Positions 1-8,149 of a DNA stretch of 61,139 bases are shown one piece after another (within the stretch, counting starts at the first letter, position 1; every line of letters begins with the position of its first letter). The notes below the pieces were generated by a model. It did not search any database. It had not been told where the DNA came from and saw only the letters and a list, made by a program, of their open reading frames with translations. This stretch comes from an uncultured bacterium. Its GTDB lineage: Bacteria > Patescibacteriota > Saccharimonadia > Saccharimonadales > Saccharimonadaceae. The translations under genes and the position numbers were made by a program. Location: positions 1 through 61,139 of the forward strand of contig CBIHNH010000001.1 in NCBI GenBank assembly GCA_966211425.1, in the 5' to 3' direction.

Positions 1-55
1 AAGGCGCCGGGTTCTGGTCCCGTGATCGGGGGTTCGAATCCCTCATCCCCAGCCA
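1..55 (+). tRNA. 3' part of a tRNA gene (5' end outside window); class II tRNA with long variable arm, most likely tRNA-Ser
   Basis: T-arm GGGGG-TTCGAAT-CCCTC (28-44), acceptor 3' strand ATCCCCA (45-51), discriminator G52, encoded CCA 53-55. More than 20 nt lie upstream of the T-arm, with CGGG/CCCG pairing, which indicates a long variable arm. A G discriminator fits Ser. Confidence 0.8.
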
Positions 56-60
56 GGAAA

Positions 61-98
61 AATGTCGTAGGTCTTTTGATCTACGACATTTTTCTTTG
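61..98 (+). terminator. Rho-independent terminator after the tRNA
   Basis: Perfect 10-bp stem AATGTCGTAG (61-70) / CTACGACATT (81-90), 10-nt loop, followed by TTTTCTTT. Confidence 0.8.
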
Positions 99-114
99 AT
101 TTGTGGTTTATGTT

Positions 115-146
115 TTGATTGTGCTATCAAGATAAAACATTATATA
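115..146 (+). promoter_or_regulatory. Candidate promoter for the CDS at 156
   Basis: TTGATT (115-120), 17-nt spacer, CATTAT (138-143). Overlapping TATATA (141-146) lies 9 nt before the ATG. No SD is visible. Confidence 0.35.
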
Positions 147-155
147 GTTTAGTTT

Positions 156-1316
156 ATGTATATGGCCTTATGGCAAACGAAATGGCAAAAACTCATCACC
201 TCAACTGTTGTCGGCTTTGCAGTGACGCTTGTGGCTGCCGCATCGGTTTATGCATACAATGCCTACAGCGATAGGGTGGGGACAGCAAGTCCGCACCAAA
301 AGAACACCAGCAGCGAAACACAACCAACTGATAAAGCAGCCAAAAATAGCGAAGATGCACCAGCCGCTACCGCAAAAAAAGAGACACAAGCAAAGCCGTC
401 ATCTCCAAAACCAGTCACTAAGACGCCTTCTCCTGGCGCCTCAGCTGTACCTTCTCCCTCGTCACCAGCACCGGCATCGTCCGAGAGCGGCTGTACTCAA
501 GCCGGAACAGGACAAGGGGGGTATCCTTTACCCAATCTTGTCGGTCGCGCAAATGAGTGTAATACGGGTCCGCGTTATGCCTGCACGACCACCCAGGGCA
601 CTCTGGTCACTTCCTATCATGGTCAGGTTATTGATCGCGTATGCATCAATGGCACCCTAGAGATTAGGCACAATAATGTCACGGTGCGTGATGTTCTCGT
701 TATGGGTACCGGCTCGTATGCGCTGGATATCGGCCAGAACACGGCGATTTGTCCGTCGAACCTGCGGGTAGAATATACAGAGATCAATATGACCAACGCC
801 GGCAATATGGATTGGGGTATATATCAACGATGTGCAGGTGGGCATGTCTTTGATCACATCACGGTGCTCTATGCTGGTCGCGGCATGATGACGTATGGCA
901 ATCTCACCTTGAATCAATCGTATATATACTCTAACCGGACTGAAGCTGGTGCACACCGAACCGCTTTTTCTACACACGGCGGTACTAATTTCACTATCAC
1001 TGGCAATACTCTCATATGTGTAAATACGGGCTGTTCATCATCACTCAATATCTATAGCGATTATGCGCCAGCTACGAACGTGCTTATTCAGGGAAATCTA
1101 GTTGCCGGCGGATCTATATGTATGCGTGGAGGTGAGACTCATGCATACGCTACTCAGACTCGTGATATTCGCGTACTCAATAACCGATTCTCAACTGTTT
1201 ATGCACCTGAATGCGGCACTTTGCAGGCGTTTGCACAGTTCGATGAAAGCGCACCGGGCAACGTTCGTTCGGGCAATGTTTATTACGAAAGCGGATTGCC
1301 TATCCCTGGCGAGTAG
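156..1316 (+). CDS. Membrane-anchored or secreted protein with parallel beta-helix-type repeats
   Basis: 386-aa ORF. N-terminal TM/signal anchor (LITSTVVGFAVTLVAAASVYA), a Pro/Ser/Thr/Lys-rich linker, then recurring NNVTVRDVLV / GNTLICVN / IQGNLVAGG / VLNNRF strands typical of right-handed beta-helix (pectate-lyase-like) folds. Confidence 0.8.
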   Translation: MYMALWQTKWQKLITSTVVGFAVTLVAAASVYAYNAYSDRVGTASPHQKNTSSETQPTDKAAKNSEDAPAATAKKETQAKPSSPKPVTKTPSPGASAVPSPSSPAPASSESGCTQAGTGQGGYPLPNLVGRANECNTGPRYACTTTQGTLVTSYHGQVIDRVCINGTLEIRHNNVTVRDVLVMGTGSYALDIGQNTAICPSNLRVEYTEINMTNAGNMDWGIYQRCAGGHVFDHITVLYAGRGMMTYGNLTLNQSYIYSNRTEAGAHRTAFSTHGGTNFTITGNTLICVNTGCSSSLNIYSDYAPATNVLIQGNLVAGGSICMRGGETHAYATQTRDIRVLNNRFSTVYAPECGTLQAFAQFDESAPGNVRSGNVYYESGLPIPGE

Positions 1317-1414
1317 GCGTAGGGCCGCTATCGCGCGTTAAGATTATCCGGAGTGCATATCAGAATCTACGGGGCGTTTCTTACGTTTGGTGTCGCCGGT
1401 GTTGTGAAAAATCC

Positions 1415-1443
1415 TTGACATCTTCAGTGGTTGGCGTTATTCT
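1415..1443 (+). promoter_or_regulatory. Sigma70-type promoter of the giant surface-protein gene
   Basis: TTGACA (1415-1420), 17-nt spacer, TATTCT (1438-1443). It overlaps the TTG at 1431, which argues that the real start is the ATG at 1482. Confidence 0.55.
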
Positions 1444-1481
1444 CACCTAAAGTGCTTTATGTAAATACTGTGAGAGGTATT

Positions 1482-4400
1482 ATGAATACAAAAAACAGAC
1501 GAAAAAACGTAATACAGCTGCTGTCAGGTGTAGTTGCTAATGGAAGCAACAGATACCACTATAAGCTCAAAAAGACTCAACCTCGACGTGTGTCGAGTAT
1601 TTTTGCTTTTGCACTAGTCGCGGCAGTGACTCTATTTCAGGCAATTAGTCCTCAAGGTGCCGTCGCGGCAACAGGGGATGTCACTGCGGTGAGAATCTCG
1701 GCTTCGACTATCCACAAAGGGTGGGTGGCGGAGATTGACATGGAGGGCATGGCTGCTGGTGGCACATATAATATGGGCTTTACACCGAGTACGGCAGGCA
1801 ACTTGGTCAATGCAAACGCTAACATCAAGTTTACAGTCACCTCGCCCGGATACGATGCGGCTGGAAACGCAACAACAACAACTCGGACGGTGTATGGAAC
1901 GAATTTTTTACGACAGCCGTACCCAAATCAATCACTTGCAGATGAAACGATTGGTGCTGGTATCGTAACGTTACGTGTTGCATTGTCGGAGTTCATATAC
2001 GCGGGAGAAACCGTCACTGCAGATATCGGTGCGGGTTTTTACACGGCAAGTAGTGTTTCGAACTCGGCTGCAACGGGGGTGACGGTCGTAAATAATTCAA
2101 CCAGCGCGTATCCGAAGCCTGTCGGTAGGTGGGCTTGGCCACCGTACGAACGAGTAAAAAGCGACTTCTTACTAGAGGCGGTCGCCTTTCATCGCTTTGG
2201 TCGTGACGCAAAACCACTTGCTGCTGTAAAGTTCACTTGCACAGACGAGAGTACTAACTCGGTTACGATGACGGTCAATGATATGACAGTTTCGACACGA
2301 GAAGATTCTGCAAATACAGGCTCAAAGGTTTTAGTGTATGCAGCGACTATACCGATAACTAGTTTTACTCAGGGTGATGTTATCACCTGTAATTTTGTCG
2401 CATACCCATGGGTCGGCGATAGCAGTTCAGTGCTAAACAGTGACTTGGTTGCCAACGGCGGAGACGGGTTTGCGCAGCCAGATGAAAGACTCGGACCATT
2501 AGCGCTTTTGAACGATAAGGACGGAACCTATGGAGAGCCATGCGCCATAGTTTCATCAACAGGTCAAGCATCCAACCTCAGTACGTGGGTTTATCCAAGC
2601 TGTGCGCAGGCTGAAGCCGCATACGCCGGTGATAATACCCTTGCCTATGCCGATATCGGTCGAGCTGCGCAGGCGATTAGAAGCTACAACAACACAAATC
2701 ATGGTCACAACGATCCTGGCGGGGGAACGATAGAGCTCCTTGCGCAGAATTACTCCACACCAGGTACCGCTCCTAGCACGACACTTGGGACACAAGAGAC
2801 GTGGCTTACGATCCAGCCTGCTTCGACTGTTCCGTGTCACACGCCGGTGATCAATGCAAACAGCAACAATGATCTGATGGCACAAAAGCTGAAGTATTCT
2901 TGCCTCTCTACGTCAACCACAACCGGCAATACCTTTAGGGGCGATATCGCCTATAACGATATCTTATGGCTCGATAGAATGAAACTGAACTCTACCGAAC
3001 CCGCACCTATCCGGTACTGGGACACCATGTATGCTACTGGCAATACGGTTGATGCATTGACGAACGGGTTTAGCGGATTGTACGCCGCGGTTATGTGGCC
3101 ATCGGGCTTGGTACGGGGCAACCACTACACTCTTCTAGACACTACTACCGCTCTTCCTCTGTACGGGCTACTCAATACCGTGATAGGGAATAAAAACATT
3201 ATTCCTAAAGCAAACTTCACTGACGGCGTGCGTAATCTCAGCGACAACTCGATCTACGCTTTTAATACGGTCTTGAATAGTAATAACTCCAACCCTGAAA
3301 TACATATTCACAGCACCACGGCATCGAACTTTACGCACGGGATAGCAATCGTACAAAATGTTATAGAGGCAACCCTGAGTGCTCAGCCGGTGGTTGCAAT
3401 CGAGAACATGGGAGGTACAGACTCAATCAGTAACCTCATCTTTTGGCACAATACCACTCGTGGTCAGAGGTCGAACGTCGCCTATGCTTCAGACTCGGCA
3501 CATTGTAGTGAGCCGCTACCGTTCTTCACGAACTGGAGTTGGAAATATAATATTGAATCAAACCATAATCATATTGATGAAGTCAGGTCGGATCACGGCT
3601 GTCCCGCGGATGGTGGACGTATTGGTAACTGGAGTATGAATTATTCGGTTGGTGGGGCTGGAAACGCAAGAGCGGTGGGTAGTGGGCCTTCGTGGAGCCA
3701 ACCTGACTACTTAGGACTGTTTAGCGTTGGCGTGCCTTCGGTGGCAGGTTTCGTCAGCGACCTCTCAAGTACCGAGTATGGTGGCGCTGGAGGAGGTGGC
3801 GGTGACTATCGACTAACTGCGAGCTCATCGCTGCGCAATGTTATTCCTAGCAACCAGGCCGTTCTTCCATACGATCTAGATGGTAGTGCGAGGTATAACA
3901 CAGGCCAGGGTGCTATCGGTGGATATGAGTTCTCATCCGCTGACGCAACAGCACCAGTTGTGACAACCTTTACGGTTCCCCCTACCTCTTCAACGCTCAA
4001 TGTGTCTGGTATCACACTCACTGCATCTGATGATGTAGCTGTTAGTGGCTATATGATTACCGAGTCGTCAACAGCCCCGGCCGCTGCCGATGGAGGGTGG
4101 ACGGTGACTGCGCCGACTGATTATACCTTTGCCACATATGGGTCTAAAACGCTCTACGCATGGGCGAAAGATGCCGCCGGTAACGTCTCCCTCAGCGCGA
4201 GCGATACGGTAGAGGTTACCGAGCCTGCTCCTACTACCTACACTATCGGTGGCACAACGAGCGGCCTGGCAGGTACTGTGGTGCTGCAGAACAATGGTGG
4301 TGATGACCTCAGCGTCAGTACTGGAACATTCACCTTTGGGACGGCTCTGGTCTCTGGTGCAGCCTATGACGTGAGTGTGCTAACCCAGCCTACCGGCCAA

Positions 4401-5609
4401 ACCTGCACAGTCTCAGACGGTTCAGGGGCGGTTGCTAACGCAAACGTTACTAATGTTACTGTCTCGTGTTCAAACAACCCTACACCTACTCATACGATCG
4501 GCGGCACAACAAACGGCTTGACGGGTACGGTGGTTCTACAAAATAACGGTGGTGATAATTTGAGCGTTACCGCCGGAACATTCATCTTTGGTACAAGTTT
4601 GAATGAAGGAGCTACGTATAACGTTACCGTTCTAACTCAACCTGCAGGGCAAACCTGCACAGTTGCTGATAGCTCAGGAACGGTCGCCACTGCGGATATC
4701 ACTGATATTAACGTGACATGCACGAACAACCCTGTGCCTACCTACACCATCGGCGGCACAACGAGTGGCCTGACGGGCACAGTGGTGCTGCAGGACAACG
4801 GTGGCGATAACCTAAGCGTGAATACGGGATCGTTTACCTTCGGTACGGCTCTAATCTCTGGTGCGGCCTACAACGTGAGTGTGCTGACCCAGCCTGCAGG
4901 ACAGAGCTGTACGGTTTCAAATGGTTCCGGTGTCGTGGCGAGCTCAAATATAAATAACGTTGTCGTTACTTGTGCGAACGTGCCCGGTACTATCACAGAC
5001 ACTGTTGAGCTCAACACTATTCCATCAGGTGACAATCAGGCGACGAATAATGCGTTACGAAATGGCATCCTGTCGGTTAGCTCTACCTCATGCTATACCT
5101 TGGATGACCCGAGCGTAGAGACATATGCCGTAAACGGGATAACTGCACCTGATCAGAACGTTGCCCTTATCGGCGGAATTGCCTTCCGGGTAACGTGTAT
5201 TACAAACGGCGGTACGGCCAATGTGGAACTTCTCCTCGATGCTCATTACGCCGACGTGACGAAACTTCGGGTGTACAAGCAGCTGGATTCTACACCAGGT
5301 GCGGCTCTCACAGATATTACCGATCAAATAACCTTTACGACTACAACCGTGGACGGAGCCACAAAAACCGTGATCAACTACGCCCTTACTGATGGTGGTC
5401 AGCTCGATGAAGATGGTGCGAGCGATGGCAGCATTGTCGATCCAATATATATTGGTGAGGTATTGGCTGCAACTACGGTAGATGATCCTCCATCTACCGC
5501 TACGGATTCACTCGCTCAAACGGGAGCGAATATATTTAGTGCGGTAGCGGTGAGTGTGATGGCGATACTTTTGGCCGTGCTGAAGCTGCGAGTATACGCA
5601 CGACAGTAG
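1482..5609 (+). CDS. Giant cell-wall-anchored surface protein (putative adhesin) with an LAxTG sorting signal
   Basis: ORF 1431-5609. ATG 1482 is preferred (GAGAGG SD 6 nt upstream, promoter overlaps 1431). Signal/TM FAFALVAAVTLFQAISPQGAVA, an Ig-like module (DDVAVSGYMI...AWAKDAAGNVS), 3 x 84-aa tandem repeats, a TDGGQLDEDGASDGSIVDP module, and C-terminal LAQTG + hydrophobic stretch + KLRVYARQ. Confidence 0.9.
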   Translation: MNTKNRRKNVIQLLSGVVANGSNRYHYKLKKTQPRRVSSIFAFALVAAVTLFQAISPQGAVAATGDVTAVRISASTIHKGWVAEIDMEGMAAGGTYNMGFTPSTAGNLVNANANIKFTVTSPGYDAAGNATTTTRTVYGTNFLRQPYPNQSLADETIGAGIVTLRVALSEFIYAGETVTADIGAGFYTASSVSNSAATGVTVVNNSTSAYPKPVGRWAWPPYERVKSDFLLEAVAFHRFGRDAKPLAAVKFTCTDESTNSVTMTVNDMTVSTREDSANTGSKVLVYAATIPITSFTQGDVITCNFVAYPWVGDSSSVLNSDLVANGGDGFAQPDERLGPLALLNDKDGTYGEPCAIVSSTGQASNLSTWVYPSCAQAEAAYAGDNTLAYADIGRAAQAIRSYNNTNHGHNDPGGGTIELLAQNYSTPGTAPSTTLGTQETWLTIQPASTVPCHTPVINANSNNDLMAQKLKYSCLSTSTTTGNTFRGDIAYNDILWLDRMKLNSTEPAPIRYWDTMYATGNTVDALTNGFSGLYAAVMWPSGLVRGNHYTLLDTTTALPLYGLLNTVIGNKNIIPKANFTDGVRNLSDNSIYAFNTVLNSNNSNPEIHIHSTTASNFTHGIAIVQNVIEATLSAQPVVAIENMGGTDSISNLIFWHNTTRGQRSNVAYASDSAHCSEPLPFFTNWSWKYNIESNHNHIDEVRSDHGCPADGGRIGNWSMNYSVGGAGNARAVGSGPSWSQPDYLGLFSVGVPSVAGFVSDLSSTEYGGAGGGGGDYRLTASSSLRNVIPSNQAVLPYDLDGSARYNTGQGAIGGYEFSSADATAPVVTTFTVPPTSSTLNVSGITLTASDDVAVSGYMITESSTAPAAADGGWTVTAPTDYTFATYGSKTLYAWAKDAAGNVSLSASDTVEVTEPAPTTYTIGGTTSGLAGTVVLQNNGGDDLSVSTGTFTFGTALVSGAAYDVSVLTQPTGQTCTVSDGSGAVANANVTNVTVSCSNNPTPTHTIGGTTNGLTGTVVLQNNGGDNLSVTAGTFIFGTSLNEGATYNVTVLTQPAGQTCTVADSSGTVATADITDINVTCTNNPVPTYTIGGTTSGLTGTVVLQDNGGDNLSVNTGSFTFGTALISGAAYNVSVLTQPAGQSCTVSNGSGVVASSNINNVVVTCANVPGTITDTVELNTIPSGDNQATNNALRNGILSVSSTSCYTLDDPSVETYAVNGITAPDQNVALIGGIAFRVTCITNGGTANVELLLDAHYADVTKLRVYKQLDSTPGAALTDITDQITFTTTTVDGATKTVINYALTDGGQLDEDGASDGSIVDPIYIGEVLAATTVDDPPSTATDSLAQTGANIFSAVAVSVMAILLAVLKLRVYARQ
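4236..4991 (+). repeat. Three in-frame tandem repeats of 252 bp (84 aa) inside the surface-protein gene
   Basis: Units start at 4236, 4488 and 4740 (T[YH]TIGGTT.GL.GTVVLQ.NGGD.LSV..G.F.FGT.L..GA.Y.V.VLTQP.GQ.CTV...SG.V......N/D..V.C.N). Two conserved Cys per unit. By manual count about three quarters of positions are identical between units 1 and 3. Confidence 0.95.
5511..5606 (+). other. C-terminal sortase sorting signal (LAQTG, hydrophobic helix, basic tail)
   Basis: LAQTG is encoded at 5511-5525, followed by ANIFSAVAVSVMAILLAVL and KLRVYARQ-stop. This is the tripartite architecture of LPXTG-type signals. Confidence 0.75.
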
Positions 5610-5618
5610 AGTCTCGTC

Positions 5619-5646
5619 GGTAGGGGTATTTTATGATACCCCTACC
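5619..5646 (+). terminator. Terminator-like hairpin after the surface-protein gene
   Basis: 11-bp stem GGTAGGGGTAT (5619-5629) / ATACCCCTACC (5636-5646), 6-nt loop, 10 nt after the TAG. No clear U-tract. Confidence 0.5.
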
Positions 5647-5702
5647 TCTATGCCTACTGGAAGATATGGGGATTTTTCACAGCGTGCATATGGGATTATC
5701 GC

Positions 5703-5708
5703 TACAAT
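5703..5708 (+). promoter_or_regulatory. -10 box TACAAT 6 nt upstream of the pcm ATG (leaderless-type)
   Basis: TACAAT-TCAAAT-ATG(5715). No SD. Confidence 0.45.
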
Positions 5709-5714
5709 TCAAAT

Positions 5715-6272
5715 ATGAACACTATAGCGCAAGCATTTAAGGCCGTGCCCCGAAGCTACTTTTTATCGGATGATGAGGAGGAATCGGCTGGTTTGGACAT
5801 GCCGTTACCTATCGGCTATGGCCAGACTAATAGTCAGCCATCGACAGTGCGCCAGATGCTGGAATGGCTCGAGGTGCAGCAAGGGGATATGATCTTGGAT
5901 GTCGGCTCAGGCTCAGGTTGGACAACCGCGTTACTCGCCTATATAACGGGCTCTACGGGTTTCGTGTACGGTGTCGAGGTGGTCCCAGAGCTGGTAGAAA
6001 TCGGACGACAGAATTGTAATCGCGTCGGTGTGAAAAACGCGAGTATTCAAGAAGCAGGAGACACGCTAGGGCTACCAGAGCATGCTCCCTACGATCGAAT
6101 ACTGGTGAGCGCAGCGACGAGTAAGCTTCCTGAAGAGCTGATTACTCAACTGAAGACAGCGGGCAGGATGGTTATTCCGGTCGAGCAAAGTATATATGTC
6201 ATCGATAAAATCAGCCAAGACGAGTTTGAGGGATACGAGTATCCGGGGTTCGTATTTGTGCCTCTTGTGTAA
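5715..6272 (+). CDS. pcm: Protein-L-isoaspartate O-methyltransferase
   Basis: PLPIGYGQTNSQPSTV, SAM motif ILDVGSGSGWTTALLA, YDRILVSAA, GRMVIPV. Confidence 0.9.
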   Translation: MNTIAQAFKAVPRSYFLSDDEEESAGLDMPLPIGYGQTNSQPSTVRQMLEWLEVQQGDMILDVGSGSGWTTALLAYITGSTGFVYGVEVVPELVEIGRQNCNRVGVKNASIQEAGDTLGLPEHAPYDRILVSAATSKLPEELITQLKTAGRMVIPVEQSIYVIDKISQDEFEGYEYPGFVFVPLV

Positions 6273-6367
6273 TATGCGGATCCGTAACGGAGAAGATAGT
6301 GCTTGTGAAATTGACCCCCATAGCCATAAACGTTAAAATAAATAAACAATTAAACAGGTGTTAAAGT

Positions 6368-7057
6368 ATGAAATTAGCCTTCAGGGAAAAGTTAGTCAAA
6401 CAGGGTGATGTTACTCGTTTCGTATTTACGCCCGAGGAGCCGGTCAGCTGGAAGCCCGGGCAGTACATCCACTACAAGCTTCCGCATGAGGGCGCAGATG
6501 ATCGAGGCAATGAGCGTTGGTTTACGATATCGAGCGCCCCATATGAAAAGGATATCTGGATTACAACTCGTATATATGGCGACAAAGGCAGTTCGTTCAA
6601 ACAAAAGCTGATGAGTCTGCAACCTGGCGAGGTTATCGAAGCGGATGAACCTGGCGGCAGCTTTACGGTCGATGACCCGAGCCGCGAGTATGTGTTTGTG
6701 GCTGGCGGTGTCGGCATCACGCCGTTTCGTTCTATCCTCAGCCAGCTTCACCATGAGGGCGAGAACATTCGTGTCGAGCTCCTATACGCAAACCGTGACG
6801 ACAGTACTACGGCTTTTAAGGATGAGTTGGAGGCGATCAGCCAGGAGCGTCCTGGCTTCAATATCACGTACTACAACGGCGATAACCTCATCGATGAATC
6901 CGCCCTACGCGCGGCGGGCGCAAAGCTAAACGACCCGATATACTACGTCTCCGGCCCTGAGCCAATGGTCGAGGCCTTTGAGAAGGTACTCGCCGACATG
7001 GGAATCGATACGGAACATTCAAAGTTCGACTACTTCCCAGGTTACGAAGGTGTGTAA
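6368..7057 (+). CDS. FAD/NAD(P)-binding oxidoreductase (ferredoxin-reductase/FNR-like fold)
   Basis: RWFTISS (RxYS-type FAD motif) and FVAGGVGITPFRSIL (NAD-binding GGxGxxP). 229 aa. Confidence 0.8.
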   Translation: MKLAFREKLVKQGDVTRFVFTPEEPVSWKPGQYIHYKLPHEGADDRGNERWFTISSAPYEKDIWITTRIYGDKGSSFKQKLMSLQPGEVIEADEPGGSFTVDDPSREYVFVAGGVGITPFRSILSQLHHEGENIRVELLYANRDDSTTAFKDELEAISQERPGFNITYYNGDNLIDESALRAAGAKLNDPIYYVSGPEPMVEAFEKVLADMGIDTEHSKFDYFPGYEGV

Positions 7058-7374
7058 TGTTATCCCCAAGGGAACATAAGAATCTCGAGAACTACGTCCA
7101 GGGCATAGACGTGAGCCGGATGGCGACCGCCTTTGACGCCCTAGGTGAGCCGAAGCGGTGCCTGATATTTCGGGCTCTACTGAGAGAAAACAATGCTATC
7201 GTCGGACAACTAGCCAGTGCAGTCGGTATATCGGAGTCGCTGGCCTCGCAGCATCTGAAGATTTTACTCCAGGCAGGGCTCATCGAGAGAAATAAAATCG
7301 GTAAAAATGTGTATTACCGTGTCAACAAAAACGATTCCTTGGTGCGCGCGCTCAAAAAAGCCGTCGAAAGCTAA
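7057..7374 (+). CDS. ArsR/SmtB-family HTH transcriptional regulator
   Basis: ALGEPKRCLIFRALL...VGQLASAVGISESLASQHLKILLQAGLIERNKIGKNVYYRV. The ATG overlaps the upstream TAA (TAATG). Confidence 0.85.
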   Translation: MLSPREHKNLENYVQGIDVSRMATAFDALGEPKRCLIFRALLRENNAIVGQLASAVGISESLASQHLKILLQAGLIERNKIGKNVYYRVNKNDSLVRALKKAVES

Positions 7375-7393
7375 CGCTGGCGACCCCCAGGTT

Positions 7394-7428
7394 TGTTATA
7401 CTGACAAACAGATAACGAATGGCATAAT
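7394..7428 (+). promoter_or_regulatory. Two candidate extended -10 promoters upstream of the ABC transporter genes
   Basis: TGTTATACT (7394-7402), embedded in a GTTTGT/ACAAAC 6-bp inverted repeat, and TGGCATAAT (7420-7428). SD GAGGGGA lies before the GTG at 7469. Confidence 0.3.
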
Positions 7429-7468
7429 CACTGAGTGTATCGCTCTGTAATACAAACGAGGGGAACGC

Positions 7469-8149
7469 GTGGGAATAATCAGCACAAAAAAACTAACCAA
7501 GGTCTATGGAAAAGGAGAGTCTCGTTTTGTTGCGCTTGATGGCGTCTCGCTTGACTTTAGCCAGGGTGAGTCCATCGCGATAGTCGGCAAGAGCGGTTCG
7601 GGCAAGAGCACGCTGATGCATATACTAGCGCTACTCGACTCACCGACCCAGGGCGCCGTGCTGATTGACGGCAAGGACTCAACTGAGCTGTCTCGGCGGC
7701 AAAAAGATAGACTGCGGAACGAGGAGTTCGGCTTTGTGTTCCAGCAGTTTTTCCTCAACGCTAACCACAGCGTACTCGAAAATGTTATCTTGCCACTCAA
7801 AATCGCAGGCGTTGGTCGTCGCGAACGCAACCGTCTTGGCATGAAAGCCCTTGTCGATGTCGAGCTTGATTCAAAAGCAAACAACAAAGCTAACGACCTC
7901 AGCGGAGGCCAAAAGCAGCGTGTGGTCATCGCACGGGCACTCATCAACACACCGAAGGTGATCTTTGCCGATGAGCCAACTGGTAACCTCGATAGTGTCA
8001 CCGGTCGAAAGATCGAAGACATGCTGTTTTCGCTCAACAAATCAAAAAACATAACCCTTATGATTGTGACGCATGATGAAGAGCTCGCTAAACGGTGCAG
8101 CAGGATCATTCGCATCAAAGACGGAAAGATAGAAAAGGAGAGCAAATAA
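7469..8149 (+). CDS. ABC transporter ATP-binding protein (MacB/LolD/FtsE-like)
   Basis: GTG start. Walker A GKSGSGKST, signature LSGGQKQRVVIARAL, Walker B IFADEPTGNLD. Confidence 0.92.
   Translation: MGIISTKKLTKVYGKGESRFVALDGVSLDFSQGESIAIVGKSGSGKSTLMHILALLDSPTQGAVLIDGKDSTELSRRQKDRLRNEEFGFVFQQFFLNANHSVLENVILPLKIAGVGRRERNRLGMKALVDVELDSKANNKANDLSGGQKQRVVIARALINTPKVIFADEPTGNLDSVTGRKIEDMLFSLNKSKNITLMIVTHDEELAKRCSRIIRIKDGKIEKESK

Noticed and set aside
1431-1481. TTG start at 1431 for the giant surface protein, as given in the ORF track.
   Set aside because: A TTGACA-17-TATTCT promoter (1415-1443) overlaps this codon. The in-frame ATG at 1482 has a GAGAGG SD and begins a typical basic-then-hydrophobic signal sequence.
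4236-4991. The regular 252-bp periodic repeats as a CRISPR-like array, or as template/variable repeats of a diversity-generating retroelement.
   Set aside because: The repeats are contiguous, in-frame protein domains without spacers. No reverse transcriptase or cas gene is in the window, and the differences between units are not adenine-specific.
1-5714. A tRNA-adjacent genomic island carrying the two surface-protein genes.
   Set aside because: I could find no integrase, no recombinase and no direct repeat of the tRNA 3' end downstream. Base composition does not look different from the rest of the window by eye.
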